DNA of 64,000 nucleotides from Candidatus Magasanikiibacteriota bacterium (GTDB lineage Bacteria; Patescibacteriota; Patescibacteriia; Magasanikbacterales; GWA2-37-8): NCBI GenBank assembly GCA_017991415.1, contig JAGOQR010000001.1, positions 405,992 to 469,991 of the forward strand, read 5' to 3'. Shown piece by piece: positions 62,801 to 64,000 of this stretch (position 1 is its first letter; each line of letters starts with the position of its first letter). The notes under the pieces were generated by a model. It saw only the letters and a program-made list of their open reading frames with translations, ran no database searches and was not told where the DNA came from. The position numbers and the translations under genes were made by a program.

Positions 62801-64000
62801 ATATTTCCACAAACTATCAACCCGCCAGCACCCGTCTGTAAAGCTTGATCGGCCCCATTACAATTAGCTGTGGCACCCAAATTTACATCTGCAGCAAAGG
62901 TACTTGTTCCAAAAACTTGCAACGAACCAGAAGCACTCACACTACCAGTAGAATCAACAAAGAATAGGCCCTCTAAATTACTTGTAGATGTAGCAATGAA
63001 TAACCCGTCTGCACGAAGACTAGAGGTAGTTGTTCCATCGGTAACTGTAACCGCTGTAGAAAAAACTGAACTTGCCGTACCACCACCGTCTGTTAAACAA
63101 GTAAATTTACCAGTGGTTGCGTTATAGTTAACAGTCTGAGATTCAGCACTACAATCAGTAAAATCGGCTTGGAAGAAGCCACCTGTAATTGTGGATGTAC
63201 GGAAAGTAGAACTGGCAGAAACATATAAATTGGTCGATGTCGCACTAACACCAAACATTTTGGAAAAGTTCAAACTTGTAATTGTTGAACTACTAATAGT
63301 TGTAGATGTTAGAACAATGGATCCGTTGGCAAATACTTCCAAAGAACTACTAGAAACTTTGGATCCAACTCTAAATACAGATGAGGTAGAACCTGTGGAA
63401 GATGCAAATACTGATAATGCTCCTTGAGACATAATTCCGCCAGCGCCTACTACCAATGAAGTACCAGCATACACACTTCCCTGAATAAATATATCATTTC
63501 TAACCTGTAACTGACCTAAATCTGCGCTATGCGCTACCAAACTAGTTACTTCCGTACCAGAAATATCTACTATAGACATAGTAGCATTACCGCTGTTTGC
63601 CACATATGCATAACGACCAGACACAGCTATTGCCGCAGGAGAACTGCCTATTGTTGTATTTGAGATCATGATAGGTCTTGTGGAGCTGGCTACATCTACG
63701 ATAGAAACAGTTCCTCCTTCATTGGTTACATATGCATAACGACCGGATACAAATACATTTGACGGACCAGAGCCAACTGTTGTACTGGACATTTTAACAG
63801 GGGTAGCTGGATCTGTAATATCAATAATAGAAATACTATCTTCGGCATAGTTGGCTGTATAAACACGGTTGCCAGATACATATACGCTTTCTGGCTGATT
63901 ACCAACATCTACAGTAGCGATATTTGCTGGCGAATAAGGGTTGGAAATATCCAAAACATGCATGTTGTTTTCACCGTTATTTATCACATAGGCATAGCGG
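59872..64000 (-). CDS. giant surface protein (partial, >1370 aa): YVTN beta-propeller repeats, Gly-rich region, Pro/Glu-rich C-terminal stalk
   Basis: N-terminal part (near the window end) has ~40-aa repeats ...VYVSGNRVYTANYAEDSISIIDI... / ...YAYVTNEGGTVSIVDV...; a GGGGGGG tract; C-terminal PEAPAAIEPQEESVPEP repeats. The ORF runs off the window. Confidence 0.6.
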   Translation of the reverse strand, partial: RYAYVINNGENNMHVLDISNPYSPANIATVDVGNQPESVYVSGNRVYTANYAEDSISIIDITDPATPVKMSSTTVGSGPSNVFVSGRYAYVTNEGGTVSIVDVASSTRPIMISNTTIGSSPAAIAVSGRYAYVANSGNATMSIVDISGTEVTSLVAHSADLGQLQVRNDIFIQGSVYAGTSLVVGAGGIMSQGALSVFASSTGSTSSVFRVGSKVSSSSLEVFANGSIVLTSTTISSSTITSLNFSKMFGVSATSTNLYVSASSTFRTSTITGGFFQADFTDCSAESQTVNYNATTGKFTCLTDGGGTASSVFSTAVTVTDGTTTSSLRADGLFIATSTSNLEGLFFVDSTGSVSASGSLQVFGTSTFAADVNLGATANCNGADQALQTGAGGLIVCGNIIATSGGAAGGVNTSTANYFAFYHTTTSVTGTSLMAMVNGSISFTSTTSFNTTTISSSTITHANITTLTVGSCIGCGGGVDSFDIFVSSSAGSGTWTKPAGIDFAQVIVTGGGGGGGAAAGAGADTTSEHAGGGGGGGGTAIKLFDGISLGSTASFTIGAGGAGATSVGLGSIGNTSTFGGFMTSSPGLPGRGQANGNACTVAADGGSGGSGGAATGGDINIPGGEGANGICAAELAQGGRGGASYWGPGSVGAQDVANGAVVGPNGTNWGSGGGGNREEDSSTATPAAAGNGAVGAVVVTSYVASGGDLAEWYETKTDVVPGDIVSVGVDMLEYNSFNLGLEKTSILEKAKPGSSIVGIVSTMPFEVMGGDLLGASTNAKPIALAGRVPVNVSDENGLVKAGDSLAISSIPGVAMRAIKSGRIIGTALQDATCETGQVCKVLVLVSSAYFNGMAMQRILEDKGLDMSVIPEGFDLSRIILTKMIADKESFVASSTTSEIFTDRVMAGLEVITPQVIAQRLIADTIESFSGEGLGLSLADGELFSIFGVTTTSSTISSASSTPVITFDSLGNGFFAGSLTANSITANEIIGLNILTNKLSMLADAVSELNDASSTPSYLSIAGMEVGSLQVSSTATFLSGLMAIGSSTFAGDVSISGNLQLLKLSVVDIESPLISSITSSLGILVEGLSSVSSTIADLSTRVSANELLLSSLTATSTATSSATALDMSVFTQGSGLQFEYAVLFKAGLQTDVIGSVSGTTTMMSDTIFFGRPYLNSDSGGYAVVASGTREVVITFDREYINKPVVQVTMSFEDVTSSIEITTTTIVGTTTITYTTTTIVQDLEFTQAQADAVFSADIRYLVSRVTAKGFTIMLNKPAPFDVRFDWLALAIKNPKLFIQNPSSPNADEPEAPAAIEPQEESVPEPVIIETSTPESEPLAPTITPETEEVVEPPSVELAPESSAPEPSSSTTEIIPSP

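Overview
This is a low-GC (~38%) bacterial window whose gene content suggests a CPR/Patescibacteria-like (or very reduced Gram-positive-like) organism; that taxonomic placement is an inference. The six-frame track calls GTG/TTG starts as 'M', so several starts below are moved to an in-frame ATG that I checked in the sequence.

Housekeeping genes (1-34 kb):
- thrS, preceded by a T-box leader
- an LCP-family protein, der, pth, dprA, topA
- a FemAB-like aminoacyltransferase
- rpmF, nusB, rnc
- an EndoQ-like PHP nuclease, an RluA-family pseudouridine synthase, an RlmI-like methyltransferase
- a GNAT acetyltransferase, a YvcK-family protein, glmS, a GlmU-N-terminal-like nucleotidyltransferase, a HAD hydrolase, and a class II fructose-bisphosphate aldolase
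- pnp, a NYN-domain protein, rpsO
- ten tRNAs

rRNA: a 23S-5S pair on the minus strand with no 16S in the window. The 23S carries a ~300-nt group I intron at the universally conserved H69-H71 CCUAAGGUAG/CGAAAUUCC junction (Q/R/S-like core motifs are readable).

Surface locus (34.8-47.5 kb): a co-directional minus-strand run of 8 tandem, diversified two-TM VirB2/TrbC-like pilin paralogs (plus a 9th copy at 34.8 kb). Some carry Cys-rich N- or C-terminal modules. Upstream on the same strand are galU, an orphan lipoprotein solute-binding protein and three type IV pilin/PilX-like proteins.

Other genes:
- a B12-dependent class II RNR (nrdJ) paired with a PduO-type cobalamin adenosyltransferase
- ruvB
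- SpoIID/LytB
- a cohesin-like / dockerin / YVTN-propeller giant surface-protein cluster at the 3' end

Odd features:
- a ~660-bp GC-rich island next to the tRNA genes, carrying a perfect sigma70 promoter and two apparently leaderless small membrane-peptide ORFs
- a 23-codon Lys-rich sORF with a strong SD and its own terminator

I found no CRISPR array. Standard stops work throughout, so there is no evidence for UGA recoding.
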